The notes under the pieces were generated by a model. That model was given only the letters and a program-made list of their open reading frames with translations. It ran no database searches and was not told the DNA's origin. This document shows positions 50,001 to 62,924 of a stretch of DNA of 64,000 nucleotides, in pieces. Position numbers and translations under genes: made by a program. The DNA lies in contig NC_134474.1 in assembly GCF_964194025.1 (NCBI RefSeq), positions 65,100,001-65,164,000 on the forward strand, read 5' to 3'. How positions within the stretch are numbered: the first letter of the stretch is position 1; every line of letters starts with the position of its first letter. Origin of the DNA: Convolutriloba macropyga. Taxonomy: Eukaryota.

Positions 50001-52039
50001 TATCCGAAATCAAAAACTCTAATAATCAAGAATTAGTGCGTATATGTTTGTCACTACTTAGATGCACACTATTGACCTTTAACAAGTAAATGTTCATAAA
50101 ACTTAAAGTTCCATAAGTGAGTTCAGAAGTCATTTCTTTGAGTGAGGTAAGTCATTGAAAAAGTCAATTCCAAGTAGTCAGGGTAAGACGAAACAAAAAT
50201 CTGTTAGACGAAGTAAAAAAACATAGCAGGACAAGTCCTGACGTACAATTCAAAGAACTTTCATTGACTAAACAAATAACTAGACCTAGAACGGACTATG
50301 AATGGATTGGGAGAACCATTTAGAAAAAAAATCCGACCCAAAAAATCAAAACAGAAAAAATCAAAGTGAAATTGCCGCATGTGAACAAAAAACCACTAGC
50401 GAGAAAGCGAATTTTTGTTCAAACACCGTTTTCTCACTCTACTTTAAATTCAGAGCGAAAAAATTTCACGCCGCAAAACCACTCGCTTTTTCGCTCCACT
50501 TCCTGTTTCGGCGTGACCAAAATCACTACTCCAATTTGACTTCAAAATCATGAAAATGTGTGAACAGATCTTAAAAAAAAAGACAGCGCCCCAATACAAT
50601 TCAAATTCTTTGAATTGTAAAAAAAATTAGGAGCGCTATAATAGCCGCCTGGAATTGAGGACGCGGCTATTAAAAAATCATAGCACGACAAGTCCTGAAG
50701 CACAATACTAAGAATCTATTGACTTAACAAAAACTAGACCTAGAACAGACTATGAGTGAATTGAGAAAACCATTTCAAAACTTTTTTTGAAAAAAAAACA
50801 GAAAATCACTATTCCAATTTGACTTCAAAAATCGTGAATGTGTGAACAGATCATGTAAAAAACCAAGAGAAGGCCAATAATAGCTCCAGCTATCGCTTAA
50901 AGGTTATTAAACAAAAGAGGGTCTGGTTGGTACAAAAACCAATTCGAAAAATCGAGCGTTACAAAGCCTAGATATTCCATGTCTAAATGTTTTTATTAGC
51001 TTTCTTATAAACGTTGCATGTGTGTCGTACTCTCTCAGTACTAATGACTAGTCTAAGTTATGGCCATGAAGTTAATAATAGAGGTTAAAACTCACTAGAA
51101 TGAATCCGTTAGCTCTTCTGTTGCTAATGAGCCAATCTGTCCACAGTTTGACATCTTCGTCCTCCTGGTCTTGAGTCACCCACTGCAGTTCAGGGGTGAA
51201 ATCATGACCTATCAAAACATAACAAGGTCAAAACAATAAATTCATTAGAGCACAAGGTACCATTGGTATCAAAGAAAAAGATTTTTAAAACAATAAGTGT
51301 CGGGCTAAAAAAGTTTTAAAACAAGATAACTGCGAAATGAGCATCGAGTTCATTTCGTCATCGTATGAGGTCGAAGAAACTTTTTCTTATCATCAAAACT
51401 GAACTCAGAAACTGTACTGACCACTTCATGCTCATAAAACAATCCAGGAACTCACATATCTGATGATTACAGATCTTTTGACCAGAAACAAAGAGCCACA
51501 GTTACGGAGTTCTTCAGAATTCCGCATAATCTTGCCTCTCGCTTTCTACAATACAGATGCATCAGTGAGTCAATATTACTGATTAAAACAATCCCTCAAG
51601 GTTATGTAGTCCTCCCCACCCCAAGTATAAAAAGATTGGAGAATAAGATCAGAAAGCAACCGATAACACTTTCAATTGGGTAAATTCAACACAAACCTGT
51701 CGGCTGATGGGCACAGAGGTGCAAAAATGAGACACACCCGAAGTGGAAGTCACTCATCGCAGCATTCTCCTCAAACTCTAACTGGGTAAAATTATCAAAC
51801 AGTTTCACCAACAGGTCTGCTTCTGGCAGCTTATTGTGAACTCTAAACTTATGTTCCAGTCCTTCGACCGTTCGCTGTACTGCGTGGCTGTTGACATCAA
51901 GATATCTGTGATGTTTTAAAGTCCATTTGGCCGATTTTTCGCATTTCTGGGCAACGTCTGTTAACATCGATTCCTCCTCAGTTATATGCAGAATCAACCT
52001 CTGAACAAGGTTCTCAACTTCTTTCGTGTACGCAAACAT
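43778..52039 (-). CDS. TUBGCP5: Gamma-tubulin complex component 5; exons 52039-51697, 51208-51096, 47454-45208, 44092-43778; ~1005 aa
   Basis: Exon 1 HRYLDVNSHAVQRTVEGLEHKF matches the GCP5 N-terminus (HRFLDVNSHKIEKTIEGIYEKF). GRIP motifs LTEVTIIRECIWAL, LTHLS, NEFFVKRN, VRWPISVVF...QIKWAKY and HFVNVLETYFMTRI are present, and the C-terminus is RGSFQHLESLAFAL. Junctions are GT-AG with phases 1, 0, 0. An alternative ATG lies at 52066. Confidence 0.92.
45208..47454 (-). CDS. TUBGCP5: TUBGCP5 coding exon 3 (2247 bp; GRIP1/GRIP2)
   Basis: tattag|GAT GAT GAT in frame with ORF 45139..47415; donor AAG|GTTAAT. Confidence 0.9.
47983..50910 (-). mobile_element. Cluster of family B and family C HINE-like elements filling TUBGCP5 intron 2
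   Basis: Family B: hairpin ctggca-gat-tgccag + aatagccgca (48075-48101) and tgcggctatt (48559-48568). Family C: hairpin caggac-aa-gtcctg + tacaattcaaagaa (50227-50257) and ttctttgaattgta (50606-50619). Several partial copies of each. Confidence 0.7.
49831..49994. mobile_element. ~165-bp MITE (possibly PIF/Harbinger-like)
   Basis: TIR ggatcttttccgtttgtgccccc / gggggcacaaacggagaagacacc; a related copy lies at 982-1172. Confidence 0.65.
51096..51208 (-). CDS. TUBGCP5: TUBGCP5 coding exon 2 (not in ORF track)
   Basis: ttttgatag|GT CAT GAT...(G)HDFTPELQWVTQDQEDEDVKLWTDWLISNRRANGFIL|gtgagt; phases fit both neighbours; acidic stretch followed by W, as in GCP5 (DDFDWGKYL). Confidence 0.8.
51697..52039 (-). 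CDS. TUBGCP5: TUBGCP5 coding exon 1
   Basis: MFAYTKEVENLV...HRYLDVNSH; donor ACAG|GTTTGT, phase 1. Confidence 0.88.
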
Positions 52040-52326
52040 AACACAGTCTAAAACTATTATTAACATGACTGATAGCAGTTTGATAACAAACCAAATTATG
52101 CGGCTTCTTATTGTGATCCTGATTGTGTTAAGAACTAAAGGTAAATCAGATGAAACCGGTTTTGAAGACCAATTGTTTTGGTTTTATTTTTGAACATGAC
52201 CTCAGCCGACCTTTTGAATTCATGTCATCACAGTGATTGACTAAGATTGTGCGAAATAGGATAACTCCGATTTTCAGGTAAAAACGCACAGAAAACAGTG
52301 AATAGAACGATCAAAAAATCAAAATG

Positions 52327-52726
52327 AACATGAACCAACTAACGTCGGACAAATTACTCTTGAACAAAAATTTGCGGCAATTTAATTCAGAGGGGGCTGT
52401 AGCAAAGAAAAACTTTTCTTTATGGGTACAAAAAAAACAACTTGGGAGGGATTCGAAACCTCGACCTCCTCCGTCTTAGGCTGCAGCGCTTTCCCCTCAG
52501 CTATCAGGTCCTTCTCATCTAGCTTATCAATCAGGTCCTTACCAATCGCTTTTTTGCAACGCAGACTCAACTTCTCAGTATGAGCAATTCTGTTCAAGCA
52601 AAAAAATCAAAAGTCAATTGTGAAAAAGTCACTCCAGTAAAATCGAAAGAATGTTCTAGAACAAAATTGTCAACCCAAGACACAGACGTTTACAATAATT
52701 GCTTCACACTTCGTTCGAAAGCAATT
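52327..52726 (-). mobile_element. Family A element carrying a tRNA-like cassette (52440-52511)
   Basis: Left ccaactaacgtcgg..aattactcttgaac; right aattgcttcacacttcgttcgaaagcaatt; minus-strand TAGCTGAGGGG (A box-like) and GAGGTTTCGAATCCC (B box-like), then a T run. Confidence 0.7.
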
Positions 52727-52752
52727 TAAAAGGGTGAACAATCGAAATGAGC

Positions 52753-53189
52753 AAACATAACCGACTAACGTCGGGCGAATTGCTCTCAAACGACCGGCGA
52801 GCGGTTGGCTTGGTCAGTAGCTAGCCACGGGGGGGGGGGTGCACCGGGGGCTGATGGGGGCAGCACTGGGTGGGGGGGGGGGGCAAAAGCGCGGTGGGGG
52901 GGGGGGGGTGGAGCCAATAGTGGGGGTGGGGGGTCAACAAGGGGGGGGGGTGTCAACCTCTAAGAACCGCCCCTCACACCATAAGTATAAGTCTCCAAGA
53001 CAGTTTGAGCTGAAACAGACCTGAAAGGCTCTAAGAGCACATAATACCCGCTGGGCTCTACCTGTTTATCCCGTTTTTGAGGACGAAAAGTCAAAAGCGT
53101 CAGACGAAAAATTGGTCAAGCGAAAAATCGCATAAAAAAAAGACCGACAGGACTAATATAATTGCTACAAACTTCGTTTGAGAGCAATT
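52753..53189 (-). mobile_element. Best-preserved family A element (G-rich subtype)
   Basis: Perfect hairpin ccgac-taac-gtcgg (52761-52774) and perfect 16-bp inverted repeat aattgctctcaaacga (52778-52793) / tcgtttgagagcaatt (53174-53189). Confidence 0.8.
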
Positions 53190-54029
53190 AAAAAACAGCG
53201 AAATTGTTTTCTAAAGTCAAATCAACGAATTGCTTTCGAACTACAGGCGGGAACTCGACTGTTTTCTAGCACGCTGTCAACTTGAAGGCGTGGGTCCGTA
53301 GGTTGGTAGTGTGTAATAAGGTCTCTAAGGGCCGAGAGCTAGGGGGTTCACAAGGGGGTTGATAGACCTAATTATAGACGTCGATTAAAATTTAAAGCGG
53401 ACCAACGAAAAAAAATTGAAACTCTTTCTATTTTTTGACGGTAATCTACCGCCACTTGAGTTCAGCTGCCTATATGTCTGCATGGAAGAGAAAATAAGAT
53501 TACACAAACCAAAAGTCAAGGAACTTGCAGTCAAAATGGCACAGCAAAAATGTTACAGCAAATGGAACAGCAAAAAAGACACGCCACAACAATATATGCT
53601 TTGACATTTTTGTTTAACTTCAAATGTTTCTCAAACTTATGGTCAGTTTTTCTCGGAAAAGCGTAATCAAGGATCAAATGTCAATTATGACAAAAGAGGG
53701 CAGACACAAACAAAGCTCATTTATTTTCCAAATAGCTGAAAAAATCAATTAGTCCTTAACATGAGCGACACTTCAAATTAGAACTAATATCTACTGATAT
53801 ATGGAAAGCGACAAAGGAGACTACTCAGGTTAAGACTTCAATTTACAGTAGCTAAAACATCTAATGAGAAACTACTTAAAATTCCATATTAACAAACGCA
53901 TAAAAATCCGTCAACAACAAAACAGCCTCTTATTTTTTATCTCTTCTTTAATTTTTTTTCACTAAACAAAGCAATCCCTGGGACTCATTTTGCTGTTAAA
54001 TTCATTATAAATCATTGGTTATGAAAACC

Positions 54030-55010
54030 ACACTACCTGTACTCAAAATGTAAAAAGAATATATTAATTCCTGTAAATCGACAGTTGATTGAGCGCTGAG
54101 TCATTAAAGGATATTTTGAAAAATTAGCTGAATAATAAGTTTTGCAGACACGAAAGCAATTTCAATACAAATGATTGAATACATTAATTATAGGACTCAC
54201 AATGATTTATAATTTGATCACTTCGTATAGCCCTCGCCTGCATTTACAGCTAAATATGTGCTTATATCAAGAATATTGCAATCAAAAATTGCTGCACTAT
54301 GATATATTGATCTGTTCGTCAATTTTACAGCTCATTTTTCAACGATTGGTTGGTGCCGAGGTGCAGATATCTTTCAAAAGAAATTCAGAACATTCAAGGA
54401 CCTCATTTGCGAAAAAGCCTTTTCGACTACTTGCTTTTTCAAAATTTCCTGACAATTTTAAATATTAGCAAAATTTTGTTTCACTTCTCATATTCATTAA
54501 ATGACTTCCTCTTTTCACCGTTCAAATTAAAGCTAAATTCACTACTTGAAAGTTGGAAATTACTAAACCACTGATAACATTATAAGCAATTTTCCTCCAT
54601 TTTTAGTCATTTTTGTTAAGAAAAAGCACTCCACCGGTACTCAGAAAAAGATACTAATTCCTGTAAATTGACAGTTCATTCAGCGCAGGATCTCAGTTTT
54701 AACTAGAGCACTTTTGAAACAACTTTCTCATCTCACAAATATCTTCTGCAGCAACGAAAGAAATTTCATTAGAATCTGTTAAAACATTAAATATAGGGCT
54801 CAAAATGATTTTTTAATTTCTTCATCAAAAATAACTAATTAGAACTTTTTGTGACCCTGGCCTGCATTTACAGCTACATGTGAGCTTATATAGGTATAAA
54901 AAAGAACGATGCATTCAAAATTTAGCCGCACTATGACAGACAAGGTAGTATTGACAGTTCAATTTTTTTTAAGATGTGCTGGTTTTCAGGTACGGATATC
55001 CTCCAAAAGA
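54030..55010 (+). repeat. Diverged tandem duplication (about 54030-54385 vs 54630-55010)
   Basis: Shared taattcctgtaaat.gacagtt, ccct.gcctgcatttacagcta.at.tg.gcttata and gatatct/c.caaaagaa. Confidence 0.7.
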
Positions 55011-58000
55011 AGTTAGGGTTATTCAGACTAAATTGCAAGGTAGCCAAAATAGCCTCTCAATAGATTGCTTTAAGTCTCAAAGTTCCTATGAAATATCGCA
55101 GTTTGAGTACTTTCCGATACATATCAGTCTTGTATTTTGAGACTACAGAAAGTTTTCATCAAGCAGCCCAACAAATTTCTTCCAACAAGTAAGTTGTAAG
55201 TTAAGGAAAAGACCCTCCTTTCACCGGGTTCTCTGTAGTTGCTCCTTTATATCATTTAGAGAAGATAAAATCTTTTTTGCCTGTTTTCTTTCTCGAAAAC
55301 TTAAGCAAAATCTTAAACTTCGCCTCGGATGTTCATTAAAATTAATTCCTCCACTCATAACTAACATTTACTTTGCCATTACAGAAATAAAACTAATGCT
55401 AACTTTATAAAAGTTGAAAAAATTATCTGGGCCATCAATTAACCGAAGCCTATTGAAACATTAACAATTTTCTTAGTTTTTAGTTCTTGAAAATTCCGCC
55501 CTAGTGTCTTTTTGATCATAAGAGATTAGATAGATGATGGATTTTAATGACATCAAACATCTCTTTTTAATCCTTGTTCTTACTACTTTCCATATTTCAA
55601 TCACACTTGTATGCAATTCAGAAGCCAGAAAACAGCTGCCACTGATTTCAGCAAAACCGATTGGGATTTAAAGAACAAAACAAAGAATAAAATAACTGTT
55701 GTACAAAAACATCTTTAAAGTGCGAACAATTTTGATTTCATTTTATAATTAGATAAACACTTGTTTCTTAATAAGAGGATATAGGCGCTAGTATCAGTAA
55801 AGTTCAAGTAGTGGGCATCTAGAATTCGGGTTTAATGGGCTTATCCGGTTTCCATTTTCAATTCAGTTTAATTTCCAATTTGACACTGTTGATTGTAGTT
55901 TGTTTTATTGAGCAATTCCTGTTTAAAAGCACCTGCAGCAGAATGAAAGAGTGAATAGCATAGAGAAGTAAAAAAAAATTCACGTTCATGTTGAAAAGTC
56001 TGTGAACTAAGGTGGAGCAAAACGAAATTTGTTCTACGACAAAAGCATAGCTGGACGTCCTGACAAAATTTGGACGTCCAACCAATCAACTTTAAAACGA
56101 CAAATTGAAAACAGAAGCCCAATAGCTCACAAGTAGCAACTCCAACCAACTTATTTTCAACATATCTTCCATTGAAGTTTCTGTACATTATGCATAATAG
56201 GATAAGAAAATAATACATACTGACGTACAACACAGGGAAAAACAACGGAAACAAACAACACATTTGAAATCTGATTAATGTTAAAAGCACAAACCTCTGA
56301 ACAAATTGTAATGCATTTTTGTAATTGTTGCCTTTATTGACTAAATACATGCCTATTTAATAACACAAAACACCCAGAAAGGTCAAAAAAGCAAAAATGA
56401 ATAGAAAACATTTCAGTGAAAAAATGGAGTCTCAAAGTTTCAAATTTCCCCTGAAGTAAAATAGCCTGAAGCAGTAAATAAATGAAGCCTGATAAAAAAA
56501 TGAACCGAAAAAAGAAGTCCTAAAAGCATAAAAACACAAGAAAAAGACAGTAATTATTGTTGCCAAAAAACAACTCAAAATTATCAGAAACTAACTGAAA
56601 AGGTGAACAAAACAACTAAACTAATTGACTTCAATCAAAACACCCATAATACAAAAAAATGAAAATGGATAACAGTAAAAATAGGGTATAAAACTGGAAA
56701 TGACAACAATAAGTTAAAATTGCATCTAAATGTCTAATATTCCCTTATGATGGTCGGAAACGCTTCTAAGTAAATTAAGTGCAAAAACCACTTCAACTAA
56801 AAAAAGTAAGAGTTAAATTTAAAAGCCACAAGTGAAAAATTCGCTCGCTTAGACTAAATTTTTCAAACCTACTTTTATATCATATCATTCAAAAACCGTT
56901 ACCAACAAAAGAACTACACTAACTTTCTCTGTTCTTCTACCGATTGACCAAAGCAATTGTTTTCAAAGCATTGATTTTCACGCCCTGTTTAAGAACATTT
57001 CGACCTTACGAAGATTTCCGGAAGCCATTCAAAGATCGTCTTCCCCAAAAAGCCTTTGGAATATCTTTAACATCTAAAAACCATAAAATCAATCTGAAGT
57101 CAAATAATACAAAAAACTAGCCAGCAAAAAAGCTTAAACGAAAAAATTTAAGTTTCTCCTTTAATAATAGTGCACATACAAACAAGAAACCTTCTTTCGT
57201 GCACTTGATATCGAGAACAGGCTGAAAAAATAGGCAGGTCATAGTAGGCGGACAAACTTCCAACTTGAACAAAAAAGTAAAAACGATAAAACTGAGAAGT
57301 TAAAAATTTATAAAATGAAATCATATTTCTCAGTGAACTATTTTTGATACCAACAAACTGTAATCAATTTTTAATTGACAACGCGAACGCCTACAACCAA
57401 TTGACACTTATTCAATTCCCAATAGATGTAATAAAACAAAAGAATGGATCAAAAATTGCTAAATTAGTCCAAAAGTTCACGCGGAAAAGTCCATAAAAGA
57501 CACGTTTACAACAATTGCTTCAAACTTTGTGAGAGCAATTAAAAACCACTCATTCGCTCCGCTCTTTTCAAATTTTATCAGCAGGGACACGTATTTCACG
57601 CGTTTCACTTCCTGAGTCAATTTCACTCCAGATAATTATTGATTGAAAAAAGACTTCTCTAGTAGTTTTCTGAATCGTGAAAAATCCCCTCGTTGAGTCG
57701 TAAAAACAGACAGAGCCCCAAATGTCAGCTGTCTTTAAATTAAAAAATGGGCCGCTATAACAGCCGGTTGAGATTATGAGGCCGAGTATTAATGGTTAGA
57801 AGGGTCGCAAAATTAGATTCCCATATTCCTCATAAGTATTCGTGAATTTGATAACTAGGCATTAAATACGATTTTCACGGTTCCAAAGTTAAAACTCTTT
57901 CAGCTTAAAAAAATTCTCAGCAGCTTCAGGTAAGGGTAATAAAATAGGCAATTAAGGGCTCATAGGATCAAAAACAACTTCCTAATCAATATATCCGAAA

Positions 58001-61000
58001 ATTGTTCCAATTAAACTTCAGCAGTAACTTGCATATATGGCCAACGTTATAGTATTCCTTTAAGCCATATGTTGCACTCTTCTACTAAAAAGATTTTGCG
58101 TACAATGAAAGTCATTCCTTTGAATATAAAAAGTTGAAAAACGCGTCTTGTTAAAAACTATCAGTTCTGGGAAATGAACTAAATTTTGAGCATGATTTAA
58201 TGACATCGAAGAAGGTAGCCTTAGAGCAGCTCATTAAGATAACAGTTGTTCAAAGCACTCTCTATTGACCTTCGAATTTTCATTGAAAAAATGAACTGGT
58301 TACCCGCTTAGTGTACTTTTGACCTCCATTTAAACCCTAAATTGTGGGTTAATTGGACTAATTTCTTTTGTTGATTTGGGTCGCCAAATCTGCGCCTCTT
58401 CTCTGAATTTACAAACAATAACGCCCTCAAAATTATAAAAGGGTCACCATCTCGGTAGAGATGAGTATCTGCAACACTGCATTAAATACAGCTGACAATG
58501 ATTATAGTAACAAATAGTTATAAAAAAATTAAGATTGAAACTAAAAATTAACATTAAAAAAAAGAAAAATTAAACAAAGATTGAGAAAAATTATGAACGA
58601 TAATTGTTGAAGTGCAATTCCTGTGATGTACTATTGTCACATGAATTGCTTTCAAACGACGGTCGAAGCCCCAAATTTTAAATTCTACCCTCTCTCAGTT
58701 TTAAAGGCGGAAGGGGAAGTTAAACCGACCAAAGTAATGGAGGAATTAGAGCTCATTTTTGGTCACTTAAGTGATTTGAATTGAAATGAAACTAAAATCG
58801 GGAACTCATTTTAATCAAGCGCGCGCAAAAAAATCAGTACATTTTAATCGTCTTAGATTTAAATTTGAAACCTTATTGAAGCTTGGAAACAAACTAGGGA
58901 TATTTTAGAAATATTGGGAAATTAGATACACTTTAGGGGTACTGGGCTGTCATGATCAAAGCAAAAACATGAATTCGATAATTAGTTCACAAAGATTTAT
59001 GAAAAGAAAGGTTTTGTTCATGCGGGAGGGGGGGTATGTTGTATTTCGAGGGCTGCAGTTGTTAAACAGCGGGGTATCATGCATCACAAAATTATAGTTT
59101 TTCTGAGAAAAGAAAAGTAAAAGTACAATTTCACAAAAATCACTCACGCCTTTCCTACTCTGTGTCACCTGTCATGAGATTAAACAAAAATTTACGTATT
59201 GAAACTAAAGAGAATTGAATAATCGAGAATATTGTCCCGAGAATTGCTTAATAATCTTGTTTTTAAAGAAATTGTCAGGTGATTTTCTATGATAACATCG
59301 ATGAATCATAGTTATTGCATCTGGCCAAATATTCGATGTTTCATTGTATTTTAGTTTCAATACTTGTACTTACAACATGAGAAAAGAAAGCATGAATTTG
59401 TTGTTTTTCTTTACTCATAAATAACTGCAAGTGTCATTAGACATGCTCAAACAAATCTAGTGCTCGCCCTTGCAATTTTTTTCAGAAAATTACACCGTTG
59501 CTAAAATAAGCGCATTCTAGAAAATGTTTACTGTAAAATTGCTCTGTGAACATTTTCTATTTATCAGCCAAGCTGTTACATAGGTATTAGAATATATATA
59601 TATACGTTTGTGAAGTATTAGATCGGAGCTCGTTTATTTAATCAATTCATTTATAGGTTGAAAGAAGTCACAAATACAAATCTGCAGTAATAATTTGGTT
59701 CAAATTTGCAGTTTGACCTTGGCTAGACTCAATAACAAAGAGACATTTTCTGTGAATTCATGATATTGTTGATATAGTTATTGTAATAGTTGTATTTGAT
59801 TAGCCGAATAAGTCGTTTCAGATATTCTACCTACTCGCTCTAGTGCATAATTATTTCAGATTAACAAGATCAACTGTTTCGATTCCTGTTGAATATGACT
59901 AACTACATTACTGTTTGTTAGAAATAAAGCTTGTTTTCAGAGAAATAAAAGACAACACGACTAACATCGAAAGAATTGCTCGCGAACGACGAGGGAGGGG
60001 GGTCATTAATAACCTCATTTCAAGGGGCCTAAATTATTCTTATAAAAAGTTTTAGTTTTCGTTTAAACTTTTTTTTTCATTTAAACTCTTTTAACAGTAA
60101 ACTGCCGCCAAGTCAAGCCTGATGATACCGATCGTAAACTCAAATGGCCTGACAAAAATTGATCCAGCGAAAAATTGTATAAAAACGAACAACCGGAAGC
60201 AAACGGGAAAAGCGGAGGTCGTTAATGGGGAAAGATTTAAATTCGTTATTTTTGACGGATTTACTCCTGTTCCGTATCATATTCTTCGATTCCTCAAAAA
60301 ACTTTTGGCCGAAAAAATAAATTTTCTGGGTTTTTTTTACAGACCGAAAGTCAACAAGAACTGAATGCTTTCACGTTTGAAGCTGATGCATGAATAACGT
60401 TTGTTCAATTTTTAAATACAGTTCCCGTAATGTAGTAATGCCTCTTCAAATCTCCTTTTCAAACCATTACCAGTCAATTGACATTTTCAGTTAGTTTATT
60501 AACACGATTAGCTCTGAAAATCGGTCCAGAACATATGACAACATACCTGTTACATTGTTATTAAACAAAGATTTTTAAAAGTTCATATAGAGTAAGGATA
60601 TTGCTACAAGGTTTGACTTTGAAGCGTTGAGATCATAAAGACCACGTAAAAATTAAAGACACCTTCATGATCAAAAAATTTAGTCACGCGTGAAATTTAA
60701 ATGAATTTAGTAGTACCTTTGGATGCATTCAAAACTCAATAGACTCAAAATTAACTCAATAGATTTCAAAAAATTTATAAAAGTTGCCAAGGGAAAATGA
60801 CATTTGCCGAGTTTTAGTCAAGTTTCGTAGGGTCGTCAATTATTTGAAAATCGATACCCTCTCCCTCAACAATTTGTCTCGAGACAGAAAGCGATGACAA
60901 ACGATCCCCTCGACATTTCGCTTAAAAACAAGACAATTTGTTAGCGTGTGCGTTGCAAAACCATCAAAAACATAATTAGGTTAAAGAACACAAATTGCTG

Positions 61001-62924
61001 TGAACATTACAATCAAAATCAAGTCTCTTAAATAAGTTTCTTATAAATCACTGTTTAACCAGTTGAATTTGAAAAATTGAACACTTTCTTTTTGCGTTTT
61101 GCATTTTAAAATCTTCAAAATTGGAAAGGTGTCCAAACTAGATATCAAGACACTGAAGTTCGTGCGCTAAGTGTTATTGTGCCGCGTTCATTTTTTTCCA
61201 ATTGCTTGCAATTTTAATTCAATAATTCCAAAACTTCTTGCTCCTCGGAAAAGATACGCGAAACTCAGTAGACGATTGCTCAAATTTTGAAATTTTAATA
61301 CGGTAATTCCACTATGCCATTGAGGTGCAATTTAACTTATATGTTTTCAATCTTTGATCGTTGGCATTGCTGCTTGTCACGAAAAAGTCTGAAATAAGTT
61401 AAGAGCGTTGTGTTCAAAATTTGCGGTTTTCGATCAAATTAATTAACAATTTTTGACGGTCTTTTGCACTTGGCCAGCCAAGCAGCGAGAGCTGGATCCA
61501 TTCAAAACATTGAAAATCGCTTTTAAAAACACCCTAAATCAAACGTCAAGAATTAAGATGAAATAAAGTTAACGGTGATTTCTTGACCGTTTACGTAGCT
61601 CTTGAGCATGAGCTTTTTATGAAACGTCCAATCATACTTAGCAACCTCAATCATGCAATTTTTTCTGACCTAAGGATTGTTCAGTTTCATAAGGCTCATT
61701 AATCAAAACCACAAACGTTTACAACTCAATTGAGTAAGACTAATGATCAGAATTTCAAATTTCTTTTCGCAAGTTGTTTTTTTGTGGAATTTTGCAAATT
61801 GCTTGGAACTTTAACATTTCTTGACAGTCTTCTATTGACAAGGCAATCTCTATTAAGCGCACAATGTCCCGTACTTGTTAACTCTAGCTGGTGGTCTTTA
61901 CCTTTAACTCTTTTGATCCAGAAATCCAAAGAGACAAGTAGAACTCTTCGAAAGTTTCGCGAATAAAAAATTAGTTTTTAATTCTAAATTGAATTAAAGC
62001 TTTTATTCTTCGCAAAAATTTTTAAAAGTTGTGTGTGTCTTTTTGGATTGCTGGATCGCTAAAAGTTTCTTTTCTCTATTCACTGAAGCCAGTCACTTAG
62101 ATTTTAATTGATTTCCTTTCATGAATGAAAATTGCTTCGTGGATTTTGAAGGCCGTTTCTGGTCAATTTCGATCATCATTCAAAAGACTTTTGTGCACTT
62201 CAGTATATTTAGTTCAGGTGGATCACGAATGAAAAACCTGTTTTCGGGGTTTAAATGTCACAAGAAATAATGAAATTTTTCAATTTTGCACTTGTTGCTT
62301 ATTAATATAAGATTTCCTTCGAATGCAACCAAGATATCTCGGAAAGTAGATATGTACTTAAAGGGAAGAACAAATGCTGAAAAAACAGTAAAACTATTTA
62401 CCAACTGGTTGACATGCACTAGTCCAAAACATGTCTCTGACTTCTTTAAGTATTCAGAAAACTTCCCTCAAAAATAATAAATTAGACTTAAGATATATTC
62501 AAGTCGCCTCATAACCTCCAATTCCAACAAAAAAAGTCAGTTTTTGTGTGAGAAAAGTTCAATTGGAGAGTGACATAGGTCAGGTGTCACCAAAAAAAAA
62601 TCAAGCGAACAAACAGAAAGATTCCAACGAGAAGGAAAAGATTCGCGTACTCGATTAGATCCAAAAAATGAATTAATTAAATGAATGAGCAACAAGCTGA
62701 AGTAAGAACGACTCTACAAGCCGCAGCGAAAAGTTGACGACAGCAAAAATTAGCAAAACAGGAAAAAAAACGGCGAGTTGAATCAAAAATTTGAGCGATT
62801 TCAAAGAGATCCAATGCAAAAGTCTCACCTGCAAAAAATTTGAAAATATGTAGACGTGAAAATACTTGTCGTAAACTCGTCGTTTATGAAAAAGAAAGAA
62901 AAGGGATTACAAGTTTGCAAAACC

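Noticed and set aside
55868-56350. 160-aa hydrophobic ORF
   Set aside because: The F/L/C/V-rich composition follows from T-rich, UTR-like sequence on the minus strand; no domain.
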